DNA of 64,000 nucleotides from Pseudomonadales bacterium. Lineage in GTDB: Bacteria; Pseudomonadota; Gammaproteobacteria; Pseudomonadales; DC-out160. The notes beneath the pieces were generated by a model. It worked only from the letters and a program-made list of their open reading frames with translations. It had not been told where the DNA came from and did not search any database. Both the position numbers and the translations under genes were made by a program. The stretch covers positions 1,431 through 65,430 of the forward strand of contig JAHRWA010000026.1 of assembly GCA_019090455.1 (NCBI GenBank), in the 5' to 3' direction. This document shows positions 26,480-35,993 of the stretch, in pieces (position 1 is the stretch's first letter; every line of letters starts with the position of its first letter).

Positions 26480-27634
26480 ATGTTAGATGAGATCAGTGAA
26501 GATTGTGAAAAATGGCAAGAGTCTCAACTCGATGATTCCGTATTGAGGGCTGCTACAGGTGCTGTGGAATTGGTTGCGACTAGTATGTTAACTCCGATTG
26601 GCATTAATACGGTTAAATCCGCTGCAGCAGTCAGAGCAGGAATTGATGCCTTTGATGACAGTAGAATTTTGGATAATTTTTTTGAAACAATAACGGCAGC
26701 GACAATCCCCGAAGGGGTGTTGCCTCCATTAGTGGATGCGTTGAAGGGTATTCCTTTTTTGTCGGGACGCCATCAGCGATTGCTACGATTGCTGACGTTG
26801 CCACTTAAAACAATAGCAGATCAAATTCAGCTTAAGGAGCCGTTGATACTTAAGTTGGCTTTGCCGGATTCAATACCCTGTGCGGTCATCAATTTTGATA
26901 ACCGATTTCTCGACTGGGTGGCGATACAAACCGAAGTACCCATTGATTTGGATTCGAGTGCACTTTTTCCTTTGGGTCGCGCCGGCGGTATTGCAGCACT
27001 GAATAGTGGCATGGTCGACCTGGAAGAAAAATCATTGCAGCAGGTGGTCGTAGGGGGAGTAGATTCTTTTGTCGATTTGGGGTTGCTAGCGAGTTTAGAT
27101 AAAGAAAAGAGAATTAACGGACCCGGAATAATGGATGGTTTTATTCCGGGAGAAGCAGCCAGTTTTTTTGCGATTCAGTCTTCAGATCTCAGTCCTAGAA
27201 ATGGAGTCGCGGAGTCGAGTGGGAGCCCGTTAGGAAAAATCATTATTCATAGTCCAGGACTGAGTACAGAGCCAGGTCATCGCTATTGCAACACTGAACC
27301 GTATAAGGGTGAAGGTCTAGCGACTGCGGTGAGTCAATCATTAGAAAGTAGCATTGCTAATACAGTACAAACGGTTCTTTGTACTTTTAATGGCGAGAGC
27401 TTTAGCAGTAAAGAGTGGGGTGTGACCTCAATTCGAAACAGGGATAGTCTAGCCGATAACGTGAGTCTGCATCATCCTGCAGAATATTTTGGAGAAATTG
27501 GAGCGGCCTTTGCTCCCGTATTAATAGGTTTGGCATCTGTAGGATTGGAGCACCGTTATTATCAGAATGATTGTTTAGTTTGGTGTAGTTCTGATACGCA
27601 ATTACGATCAGCTGTTCGCGTCACTTTATGTTGA
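26480..27634 (+). CDS. Beta-ketoacyl-synthase (thiolase-fold)-like protein, apparently lacking the nucleophilic Cys
   Basis: KAS-like blocks are ATSMLTPIGINTVKSAAAVRAGIDAF, QQVVVGGVDSFVD, FIPGEAASFFAIQS and HHPAEYFGEIGAAFAPV. The position aligned by eye to the ACxSG nucleophile reads PLGRAGG. Confidence 0.6.
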   Translation: MLDEISEDCEKWQESQLDDSVLRAATGAVELVATSMLTPIGINTVKSAAAVRAGIDAFDDSRILDNFFETITAATIPEGVLPPLVDALKGIPFLSGRHQRLLRLLTLPLKTIADQIQLKEPLILKLALPDSIPCAVINFDNRFLDWVAIQTEVPIDLDSSALFPLGRAGGIAALNSGMVDLEEKSLQQVVVGGVDSFVDLGLLASLDKEKRINGPGIMDGFIPGEAASFFAIQSSDLSPRNGVAESSGSPLGKIIIHSPGLSTEPGHRYCNTEPYKGEGLATAVSQSLESSIANTVQTVLCTFNGESFSSKEWGVTSIRNRDSLADNVSLHHPAEYFGEIGAAFAPVLIGLASVGLEHRYYQNDCLVWCSSDTQLRSAVRVTLC

Positions 27635-27673
27635 GTCTGCGGAGAGGGCACCCATTGAAATGGATAATGTTTT

Positions 27674-28864
27674 GTGAATAGTCTAGAGATAATACCTTAC
27701 AAGATGGCTGAAAATGCCGCTTTTTTTTGGATGCTGTATTCCCAAGGGGAAAATCGGCGAGACTACAATCAAAGTGATTTGGATGAGCTGAGCCAGAAGA
27801 TTAATGCTCAATTAGCGGGGCTAGAGGTATACGGTGAAGAGGCTTGGGTAGTCTGTGATGATATTCTCGACTTTGAAGATTCAGGTGAGGTATTTGTCGC
27901 AGCCTCAGTTATTCTGGGTAGCCGATTTGATGAGCGAGATAAATCAGAACGGATGCGTAAAGTGGTGACGGCTGCCTGTGCGGGTGATGAGTCATTCGAC
28001 GGGTTGGTCGGGGCTTTTAAATGGCGACCATTCGATGAATCTAAAAGCTGGATTGCTAAATTTTTGAAATCTGGGAATCCTGTTTTTTCTAGTTTAGGTG
28101 TTGATATCTGTGCTGCTCAAGATCGGGACTGCGGTGCAATGCTGACAACATTAATAGAAAAAAAAGAGGTGCAAGAAAATCCCGATTATTTCTGGCGTAT
28201 TGTCAAAGCGGTTGGTGAGCTAAGGCGTAAAGATTTGATCGAATCGTTGCTGGATTTTATCAACGCTGAGGACGACAGAGTACGGTTTTGGAGTGCGTGG
28301 TCTTGCGTCCTGCTGGGTGATTTACGCGGCCTTGAGAGTTTGAAAATATTTGCAAAAGGTGATTCTTTCTTTTCAGAAAGGGCATTAAAACTGATACTTA
28401 GAGTCATGCCCGCACAGGACGCCAAACATTTTGTAAAGGAATTGGCGGCTGGAGATAGCAGCAGGGCTGTCATTTTATCAGCTGGCATTCTAGGTGAAAT
28501 ATCGGCTATTCCCTGGTTATTGCAGCAAATGCAGGAAAAGATAACGGCACGACTTGCTGGTGAATCATTTTCGCTGATTACTGGGCTTGAAATTTTGAAT
28601 TCTGAATATGAAACGGAAGCCCCCGCTGATTTACCTATTCTTGAAGAAACATCCGATATGGATAGTAGGGATGATGATCTACCCTGGCCTAATGCCAACA
28701 GTATTGCCACTTGGTATCAACTGAATAGACTACGATTTAGTGCGGATCAACGTTATTTGCTCGGACAGATAGTCAGTATGGCCAGTTGTGAAAAAATAAA
28801 ACAGACGGGCTATCAGCCCCAAAGAAAAGCGGCAGATTTAGAAATTATAGCCGCTGCGATTTAG
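27674..28864 (+). CDS. TIGR02270-like, HEAT/ARM-repeat-like protein of unknown function
   Basis: 396 aa and helical-repeat-like (RFWSAWSCVLLGDLRGLESLKIF, AVILSAGILGEISAIPWLLQQM). It lies between DUF2169 and DUF4150 genes. The family call is from memory. Confidence 0.45.
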   Translation: MNSLEIIPYKMAENAAFFWMLYSQGENRRDYNQSDLDELSQKINAQLAGLEVYGEEAWVVCDDILDFEDSGEVFVAASVILGSRFDERDKSERMRKVVTAACAGDESFDGLVGAFKWRPFDESKSWIAKFLKSGNPVFSSLGVDICAAQDRDCGAMLTTLIEKKEVQENPDYFWRIVKAVGELRRKDLIESLLDFINAEDDRVRFWSAWSCVLLGDLRGLESLKIFAKGDSFFSERALKLILRVMPAQDAKHFVKELAAGDSSRAVILSAGILGEISAIPWLLQQMQEKITARLAGESFSLITGLEILNSEYETEAPADLPILEETSDMDSRDDDLPWPNANSIATWYQLNRLRFSADQRYLLGQIVSMASCEKIKQTGYQPQRKAADLEIIAAAI

Positions 28865-28879
28865 TACTAGGAGAATATT

Positions 28880-29260
28880 ATGGGACAAACTGTATTTGCG
28901 AATTCAAGAGGTGTAGCGCACAAAGGAAGTGGGGGGTTGAGTGTTGTCTTTCCTGACGTGTGTAAAACACCAACTCCGGCAGGACCCGTGCCTATTCCTT
29001 ATCCCAATATTGGTAAAGCATCAGATACGAGTAAAGGACCAAAAAATGTCAAAGCGGATGGCCAGATGCCAATGACGAAGGGGGCTGTGTATATGATGAC
29101 TACTGGGGATGAAGCAGGTAGTGCAGGCGGTGTAGTGTCGGGAAAGATAAAAGGGGAGGCAGAATTTATGATGTATTCTTTTGACGTTAAGTTTGAAGGT
29201 AAGAATGCTTGCCGGTTAGCGGATCCATTATTTCATAATAAAAAGAATATTATGGGCTAG
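28880..29260 (+). CDS. DUF4150 (PAAR-like) domain protein, domain-only (126 aa)
   Basis: VFANSRGVAHKGSGGLSVVFPDVCKTPTPAGPVPIPYPNIGKASD is the DUF4150/Tox-PAAR-like signature. There is no C-terminal extension. Confidence 0.85.
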   Translation: MGQTVFANSRGVAHKGSGGLSVVFPDVCKTPTPAGPVPIPYPNIGKASDTSKGPKNVKADGQMPMTKGAVYMMTTGDEAGSAGGVVSGKIKGEAEFMMYSFDVKFEGKNACRLADPLFHNKKNIMG

Positions 29261-29412
29261 TGCTTTTAGGATGATATTTTTCGCATTTAAAGGGCGCTAC
29301 TGGCGACCTTGAATTAACGAGAAAATAAGGTTTTAGTGAATGTTTGGCACCACGAATAATCAAAACGTTTAACTTACTTGTTATCGGTGGTGCTGGTCTC
29401 TTTGGGTGATTT

Positions 29413-30558
29413 CTATTTAAATAAAGCGCTAAATTGACCGTATCCCTGCTTATCTAACTCCTCTTTAGGAACAAACTTCAATGACGAGGAGTTAATACAA
29501 TAGCGCTTGCCTGTGGGTGCTGGACCATCATCAAACAAATGGCCCAAATGAGAGTCTCCTTTGGTACTGCGTACTTCGATACGAGTCGCAAATAATTTAC
29601 GATCCTTTTTTTCAACAATATTGTTGTTAGCGATGGTATCAAAAAAACTGGGCCAACCCGATCGCGAATCATATTTGTGAGTCGAGCTAAATAAAGGTTC
29701 GCCACTGACAACGTCAACGTATAACCCCTCCTGCTTTTCATCCCAATACTCATTTTGAAATGGAGGTTCAGTCCCTTCCTTTTGTGTCACTCGATATTGT
29801 AATGGCGTTAATCTGTTTCTTAATTCTTCGTCGGATGGCTTTGTATAAGTCTTTGTGTCGATTATATCTTTCATAGCAATCTCTCTTGTTGCCGGCATGA
29901 AGTGTAATTCGTCACCCCAAATGTTTTTTAGGTACTCGTCTCGGCCTGAGTTGTGACGATAGTATTTGTAGCGGATAGGGTTCTTTTTATAGTAATCCTG
30001 ATGATAATCCTCTGCGGCATAAAATGTAACTGCCTCAGACAGTTCGATGGTGATAGGTTTCGAATAGCGGTTGCTCTCTACTAGTCGTTTAATGGAATTC
30101 TCAGCGGCTATTTTTTCTTTCATGTTGGCATAATAAATAGCGGGCCGGTAACTGTTACCTCTATCCACGAATTGACCCTTATTATCAGTGGGGTCAATTT
30201 GTCGCCAGAAAGCTTCTAACAGTTCATCGTAGCTTATTGTTGAAGGGTCGTAATAAATTTGAACTGCTTCTGTGTGTTGAGTTTTCCCCGCGGCGACCTG
30301 CTTGTAACTAGGATCGACAGTGGATCCTCCAGTAAACCCGGACACCGCAGAAACTACACCGGGTAATTTTTCAAAATCGGCCTCGACACACCAAAAGCAC
30401 CCACCAGCGAAGGTGGCCACTTGTTGGTGGGCGGTAGGAGCGATAAGTTTGCTATCTGTCCCTTTTGCTGTGGCCTGTGTTATTTGCCAACCGACCAGCA
30501 ACAGAAGAGAGGCTATTAATGGGATGAAGGCTTTTAATAGGACAATAGTTTTTTGCAT
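29413..30558 (-). CDS. Exported bifunctional methionine sulfoxide reductase MsrA-MsrB fusion
   Basis: Signal peptide, MsrA motif [13 protein letters not shown], and a C-terminal MsrB domain with GWPSF and [11 protein letters not shown]. Confidence 0.9.
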   Translation of the reverse strand: MQKTIVLLKAFIPLIASLLLLVGWQITQATAKGTDSKLIAPTAHQQVATFAGGCFWCVEADFEKLPGVVSAVSGFTGGSTVDPSYKQVAAGKTQHTEAVQIYYDPSTISYDELLEAFWRQIDPTDNKGQFVDRGNSYRPAIYYANMKEKIAAENSIKRLVESNRYSKPITIELSEAVTFYAAEDYHQDYYKKNPIRYKYYRHNSGRDEYLKNIWGDELHFMPATREIAMKDIIDTKTYTKPSDEELRNRLTPLQYRVTQKEGTEPPFQNEYWDEKQEGLYVDVVSGEPLFSSTHKYDSRSGWPSFFDTIANNNIVEKKDRKLFATRIEVRSTKGDSHLGHLFDDGPAPTGKRYCINSSSLKFVPKEELDKQGYGQFSALFK

Positions 30559-30823
30559 GGGATGATCCCCTCAAATGAGTGTTCGAATTCTCGACTGGTT
30601 GCTAGATGTATAGTGTGGCAAGCCTTTGTGATGATGTGAAGAGATCAAAGCGCGAAGTTATTGAAATTTGATATTCATAATTTCGTCGTGATTAAATTGT
30701 GATTAATTCGTGAAATGAGCGGTATATTTGTGGTCTAACCTTTAGAATGTACTAATACGCTCCACTCACATTATTAGTATATAAATTATTACGTTAACGC
30801 TTAAAACTGACATATTGGTAATC

Positions 30824-31522
30824 ATGAAAACACAAATATTAGTGATAGAAGATGATCCTGACATCAACAAGTTGTTGATGATGAATCTAAATGATAGTAA
30901 TCATGAAGTGTACAGTTGCAGCGATGGGTTAAAAGGGTTGCTACTGGCTAAGTCTGGTAATTATCACCTAATTGTCCTCGATCTCATGTTGCCGGGTCTT
31001 GACGGCATTGAAATCTGTAAAAAACTGCGAGCTGAGAATAACTTCATTCCTATTTTGATGTTAACAGCGCGAGACTCCGAAGCAGACCGAGTCATCGGGT
31101 TAGAAATGGGGGCCGATGATTACCTGACTAAGCCTTTTAGCGTAAGGGAATTACAAGCAAGGGTAAAAGCATTATTACGGCGAGCAGAGATTCAAAACCA
31201 AGTTGTCCAGCCAGAATTGGAAAGCCTGGACTTTGGCGAGTTAAAAATAGAAGTCGAAAAACGCCTAGTGACCTTATCGAATAAATTAGTCGATCTGACA
31301 AGCACTGAGTTTGATTTGCTTTTATACATGGCTCGTAAACCCGGTTTAGTTTTTAGCCGTAGTCAGCTTCTGGATAGTGTTTGGGGGTATCAGCATAGCG
31401 GCTATGAGCATACGGTAAATTCCCATATTAATCGATTGCGCACGAAATTAGAAAAAGATCCTTCCAATCCCAAATATGTATTGACTGTTTGGGGTGTCGG
31501 CTACAAATTCACTGACGTGTAA
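30824..31522 (+). CDS. OmpR-family response regulator
   Basis: Track ORF is 30815..31522, and an ATG at 30824 gives MKTQILVIEDD. The receiver has DLMLPGLDG and KPF. The winged-helix C-terminus is VWGVGYKF. Confidence 0.9.
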   Translation: MKTQILVIEDDPDINKLLMMNLNDSNHEVYSCSDGLKGLLLAKSGNYHLIVLDLMLPGLDGIEICKKLRAENNFIPILMLTARDSEADRVIGLEMGADDYLTKPFSVRELQARVKALLRRAEIQNQVVQPELESLDFGELKIEVEKRLVTLSNKLVDLTSTEFDLLLYMARKPGLVFSRSQLLDSVWGYQHSGYEHTVNSHINRLRTKLEKDPSNPKYVLTVWGVGYKFTDV

Positions 31523-31567
31523 TTAGACTAATTACCGTAATCGAGAATTCATATCAGAGAGGTTTTG

Positions 31568-33100
31568 ATGGAACAATCTCAGCAGGTAAAAATGGGGAGT
31601 TGGTTCTACACGCGACTAAATTCATTTTATACCAAACTATCACTGCTGCTCATCGTTTTTTTTATTCTAGTAGCAGGCTTCTTTTTCGTTTTAACCCAAC
31701 AACTATCCCAAGAATATCGAAGTGAAGTTGAACAAAAACTTCATGCCGATTTGGCAGCACATATCGTTCACGGTAACCAGTTGTTGCGGAATGGTGAAAT
31801 TGATCAGAAAGCGCTAAAGAAAGCGTTTCATTCTATGATGGTGTTAGGTCCCAGTTTCGAGTTTTATGTTTTAAATCCAGCGGGAGAGATCATGACGTAC
31901 TCGGCTGATCCCAAAAAGATTAAGCGTCAGGCTGTGAATCTTTTACCCGTTAAACAATTGTTGTCCGGCGAAATTAAACTTCCTATTTTAGGAGATGATC
32001 CTCGATCTCGAATTAAGCAGAAAATATTTTCCGTTGCGCAGATTAATGATGACACTGTATTGGTCGGTTATTTATATGTGATTATCGGCGGCGAAATATA
32101 TGACGGCTTGGCTGACTTGTTAGGTAAGAGTCATATCATTAAATTGGGGCTTTGGGGAGTTGCATTGTCGTTACTGATTGGCTTAGTGGTTATATTATTA
32201 CTCTTTGCGATTTTAACGCGCCCTTTGCGCCGATTGAGTGAAGATATGCAGAACTTTAGAGAAAATGGTTTTGCTACGGCGACTTTGCCAAAATCCGGCT
32301 GGAAGAATGATTCGGCCGATGAGATACATCGGTTAGGTTCTACCTTCGTTGAAATGGCTGACGCGTTGAAGAGTCAGTATCACAAAGTGAAAGATATGGA
32401 TGAATTACGCCGTGAGCTAGTGTCCTATGTTTCGCACGATTTAAGAACGCCGCTGACTTCGTTGCAAGGGTATCTTGAGACGTGGCAGCTGAACAAAGAT
32501 AGTCTTTCACAAGAGGAGGGAGAAGAGCTTATTACGGTAGCCGTTAAGAATGCGAAGCAAATTAGCCGCCTGGTAGAACAGCTATTTGAGTTGGCTCACT
32601 TAGATAGTGAGAATGTGCAGCTACAACTAGAGTCCATTTCGGTAGCGGAATTGGCGCAAGATGTTTTACAAAAATTAAGTATCGAAGCCGAGCGTAGACA
32701 AATTTCCCTGGAGGTGACACCAAAAGATCCGTCCATTTTGGTGAATGCCGATATTGGGAAGTTAGAAAGGGCTTTCACCAATCTCGTGGATAATGCCGTA
32801 CGCCACTGTAATGAGGGGGATCGAGTGGTAATTGATTTGCAGCTCGATGGTGCAGAGGTTGAAGTCTCTATACGAGATACGGGTTTGGGTATTCCAGAAT
32901 CTGATGTCGAGCACTTGTTTGAACCGCATTTTAGAGCAGAGAATAGTGTAAAAGGCAGAGGGGGGCATTCCGGTTTGGGATTAGCCATTACTCAACGTAT
33001 ATTGCAGCTGCATGGCGCTGAGATACAAGTCAGTAGTGTTCTTCATCAAGGAACTGAATTTCGGTTTCGCTTACCTAGAGCCACTGACAAGAACAGTTGA
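31568..33100 (+). CDS. Sensor histidine kinase (two TM segments, periplasmic loop, HAMP, HisKA, HATPase_c)
   Basis: H-box SHDLRTPLTSL, N-box DNAVRH, and G-boxes DTGLGI and GLGLAI. Two hydrophobic segments flank a loop of about 140 aa. Confidence 0.9.
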   Translation: MEQSQQVKMGSWFYTRLNSFYTKLSLLLIVFFILVAGFFFVLTQQLSQEYRSEVEQKLHADLAAHIVHGNQLLRNGEIDQKALKKAFHSMMVLGPSFEFYVLNPAGEIMTYSADPKKIKRQAVNLLPVKQLLSGEIKLPILGDDPRSRIKQKIFSVAQINDDTVLVGYLYVIIGGEIYDGLADLLGKSHIIKLGLWGVALSLLIGLVVILLLFAILTRPLRRLSEDMQNFRENGFATATLPKSGWKNDSADEIHRLGSTFVEMADALKSQYHKVKDMDELRRELVSYVSHDLRTPLTSLQGYLETWQLNKDSLSQEEGEELITVAVKNAKQISRLVEQLFELAHLDSENVQLQLESISVAELAQDVLQKLSIEAERRQISLEVTPKDPSILVNADIGKLERAFTNLVDNAVRHCNEGDRVVIDLQLDGAEVEVSIRDTGLGIPESDVEHLFEPHFRAENSVKGRGGHSGLGLAITQRILQLHGAEIQVSSVLHQGTEFRFRLPRATDKNS

Positions 33101-33160
33101 GTTGCATAGTCTCAATTCCTATGGTTTTTATTCGCTAGCAATTATTAATTTGGAGGTACT

Positions 33161-33964
33161 GTGTTAAACGATAGATGGCCGCAACGCATAGTTTGCCTTA
33201 CTGAAGAGACAACGGAATTGTTGTATCTGTTGGGAGAGCAGGATCGCATTGTTGGAATTTCTGGATTCACGGTACGTCCCCCTATCGCGCGGAAAGAGAA
33301 GCCTAAAATATCCGCCTTTACCAGTGCAAAAGAAAGTAAAATTCTTGATTTAAAACCGGATTTGGTTTTTGCATTTTCTGATATGCAGGCCGATATTGTT
33401 GCTGATCTTGTCAGAGCGGGTTTGCAAGTGCATGTCTTTAATCAGCGTACTGTGGCGGGTATTTTTCAAATGATGACCACAGTGGGCCGGTTATTGTCGG
33501 TTGAAGAAAAAACCGATGCATTAGCCGTGCAATTTCAGGAACATTTGGACGAAGTGGTAAAGCAGGGAAGTCAATTGAAGCGTAAACCCATTGTGTATTT
33601 TGAAGAATGGAACGACCCGATGATGGCTTGTATACAGTGGGTGTCTGAGCTGATCGAAATTGCGGGTGGAGTGAATTGCTGTAAAGATCTGTCGATGCAT
33701 CCCGATGGCAAAAGTCGAATCATAGCAGACCCTCAACGGATAATTGATGCTAGGCCCGATATTATTATTGGTTCTTGGTGTGGTCGTCGGTTCCGTTCCG
33801 AGCATATTCATGCGCGAGAAGGATGGGCTGATATACCTGCGCTAAAAACGGAGTCTTTATATGAGATACGATCTCCCATCATTCTCCAGCCTGGACCGGC
33901 TTCGTTGACAGAAGGTGTCAGTGCATTGCTCGGATTATTTCAGCAATGGGATGCCTCTGTGTAA
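33161..33964 (+). CDS. BtuF/helical-backbone periplasmic-binding-protein-like protein without an obvious signal peptide
   Basis: IVCLTEETTELLYLLGEQDRIVGIS and PDLVFAF are class III PBP (cobalamin/siderophore-binding) hallmarks. The start is GTG and the N-terminus is not hydrophobic. Confidence 0.65.
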   Translation: MLNDRWPQRIVCLTEETTELLYLLGEQDRIVGISGFTVRPPIARKEKPKISAFTSAKESKILDLKPDLVFAFSDMQADIVADLVRAGLQVHVFNQRTVAGIFQMMTTVGRLLSVEEKTDALAVQFQEHLDEVVKQGSQLKRKPIVYFEEWNDPMMACIQWVSELIEIAGGVNCCKDLSMHPDGKSRIIADPQRIIDARPDIIIGSWCGRRFRSEHIHAREGWADIPALKTESLYEIRSPIILQPGPASLTEGVSALLGLFQQWDASV

Positions 33965-34072
33965 AGGGTGAAATCCTGGGGGCCGCGTTAGAGAAATGCA
34001 ATGAGGCATAAAAAAACTCGCTCAAATTCCCTATGCTATTCTAGGAGTTGGAGCGAGCTATGCCATCTATGT

Positions 34073-34113
34073 CCTACCGATATAAGTAGCCCACATGTAT
34101 CGGTAGGTTTTAT
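34073..34113 (+). terminator. Rho-independent terminator
   Basis: CCTACCGATA (34073-34082) pairs with TATCGGTAGG (34098-34107), followed by TTTTAT. Confidence 0.55.
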
Positions 34114-34119
34114 CTGATC

Positions 34120-35679
34120 TTAATTAACGCCCTTTCCTTTGCTATCCCAAAAAGGTTTGCGGAGCTCGGTTTTTAGGATTTTACCGGCACCACTAACGGG
34201 TAAAGGCTCATCTTGAAAACTGATACTACGAGGACATTTGTAACCGGCAATGAGTTCTGCGCAGTGCTTCTTTAATTCATCTTCAGTTAGTTTCTTACCT
34301 TCATGCAATACCACTACGGCATGTACCATTTCACCCCAATCCTTATGAGGTATACCAATGACGGCACATTCCATAACGTCTGAGTGTTGGTAGATTGCAT
34401 TTTCAGTTTCGGTGGAATAAACGTTTTCTCCACCCGAGATGATCATGTCTTTTGAACGGTCAACAATATAAATGAAACCGTCTTCATCCATATAGGCCAT
34501 GTCGCCTGTGTGCATCCATCCGCCGCGTAGTGTTTCTTTCGTGAGCTCTTCCATTTTCCAATAGCCTTTCATGACGTTCGGGCCGCGAGCGAGTACTTCG
34601 CCCACTTCACCGCGAGGGACTTCATTGTCATTTTCGTCGGCAATTTTAAGTTCTGTGGCGACGCCAGCACGTCCTGCAGACTTTAAACGACCTGCGTAGG
34701 GGCCGTCCATGGTGTGGAATTTGGGTTCAAGAAAAGTAATTAACGGTGCCGTTTCGGTCATGCCGTAGCCCTGGGAGAACAGGCAGTTGGGCAATAACTC
34801 CATGGCTTTAAGTAATACGGCCTCAGGCATTGGAGATGCGCCGTACATAATTCTCTTAAAGTTAGATAAGTCGTATTTTTCGATGCCAGGGAAATTGATC
34901 AACATATTGATCATGGTGGGTACTAGTAAGCAATTAGTTACTTTATCTGCGACGAGTGTCTTTAGCGTATCTTCAGGGTCAAATTTAGGGATGAAACTGT
35001 GGGTTCCGCCTGCTAGAGTGATAGCGAAGGTAGAGGCACAATCGGCTAAATGGAACATGGGCGCGGCGTGCAAATAAGTGACTTCTTCATCTATTTGCGA
35101 TGCAGGGATAATATTAAGGGTATTTGTGAGTAGGTTGGTGTGTGTCAGCATCACTCCCTTAGACCTGCCCGTGGTACCACCCGTGTAAAATAAACCAGCG
35201 ATGTCATCGCCTTGTCGCTCTGCATCGGCTGCAGGTTCATTGTTCTTAATTAAATCTTCATAATTGATGCAACCTTCGGGCGTCTCGCCGTCACCAGCAA
35301 AAACAATATGAGTGACCGTTTCCATTTTGCCTTTCAAGGCAGGAAGCATGGCAGCAAACGTATCATCAATTACGAGTACTTTGGTTTCAGAATCATTTAA
35401 CGTGAATAAAATTTCGGGGGGAGCTAATCGAATATTAACGGGTACAACCATGCCGCCAGCCCATGGGACACTAAAAAAATATTCCAGATAACGATCACTG
35501 TTCATTGATAAAATGGCGACTCGATCTTCAGTCTCAACGCCTAGACCTTTTAGTCCCTGAGCTAAACGGGCTATACGGTCTTTAAATTCGGTCCAGGTAA
35601 ATTTTCGTTCGCCGAATATGGTGGCGAATCCATTGGGGTTAATTTGAGCAGCTCGATTGACACATTGAGACAGATACAT
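34120..35679 (-). CDS. Acyl-CoA synthetase / long-chain-fatty-acid-CoA ligase (ANL superfamily)
   Basis: AMP-binding motif YTGGTTGRSKGVMLTH, with GYGMTE, GDMAYMDEDG and GKILK near the C-terminus. Confidence 0.9.
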   Translation of the reverse strand: MYLSQCVNRAAQINPNGFATIFGERKFTWTEFKDRIARLAQGLKGLGVETEDRVAILSMNSDRYLEYFFSVPWAGGMVVPVNIRLAPPEILFTLNDSETKVLVIDDTFAAMLPALKGKMETVTHIVFAGDGETPEGCINYEDLIKNNEPAADAERQGDDIAGLFYTGGTTGRSKGVMLTHTNLLTNTLNIIPASQIDEEVTYLHAAPMFHLADCASTFAITLAGGTHSFIPKFDPEDTLKTLVADKVTNCLLVPTMINMLINFPGIEKYDLSNFKRIMYGASPMPEAVLLKAMELLPNCLFSQGYGMTETAPLITFLEPKFHTMDGPYAGRLKSAGRAGVATELKIADENDNEVPRGEVGEVLARGPNVMKGYWKMEELTKETLRGGWMHTGDMAYMDEDGFIYIVDRSKDMIISGGENVYSTETENAIYQHSDVMECAVIGIPHKDWGEMVHAVVVLHEGKKLTEDELKKHCAELIAGYKCPRSISFQDEPLPVSGAGKILKTELRKPFWDSKGKGVN

Positions 35680-35993
35680 GTTTTTTCCTAATTTATAACG
35701 GTTTATTTTTTTATAAGTCTATCCGGTGGGGAAGCATCAATAATGCTAGTCGGATAGTTTTGCGACACCACTGCAAGAAAACGACGATTTCTTGTAGCTT
35801 TATTGTACATAATCGCGATGGGGCTGGATGTTGTCATATCCTTATCCTGAACTCAAGAGTAACTCATTAAGTGGTTGCTTATTGGTCTAGCGTTCCGATT
35901 TTGTTGGTTGTGAATATGATTGGGTACATACTGTCCCGGCAGTGGAACAATAAATGGGTGGCTAGGAGTTTAAACGAGCAATGGAAAAATTAG

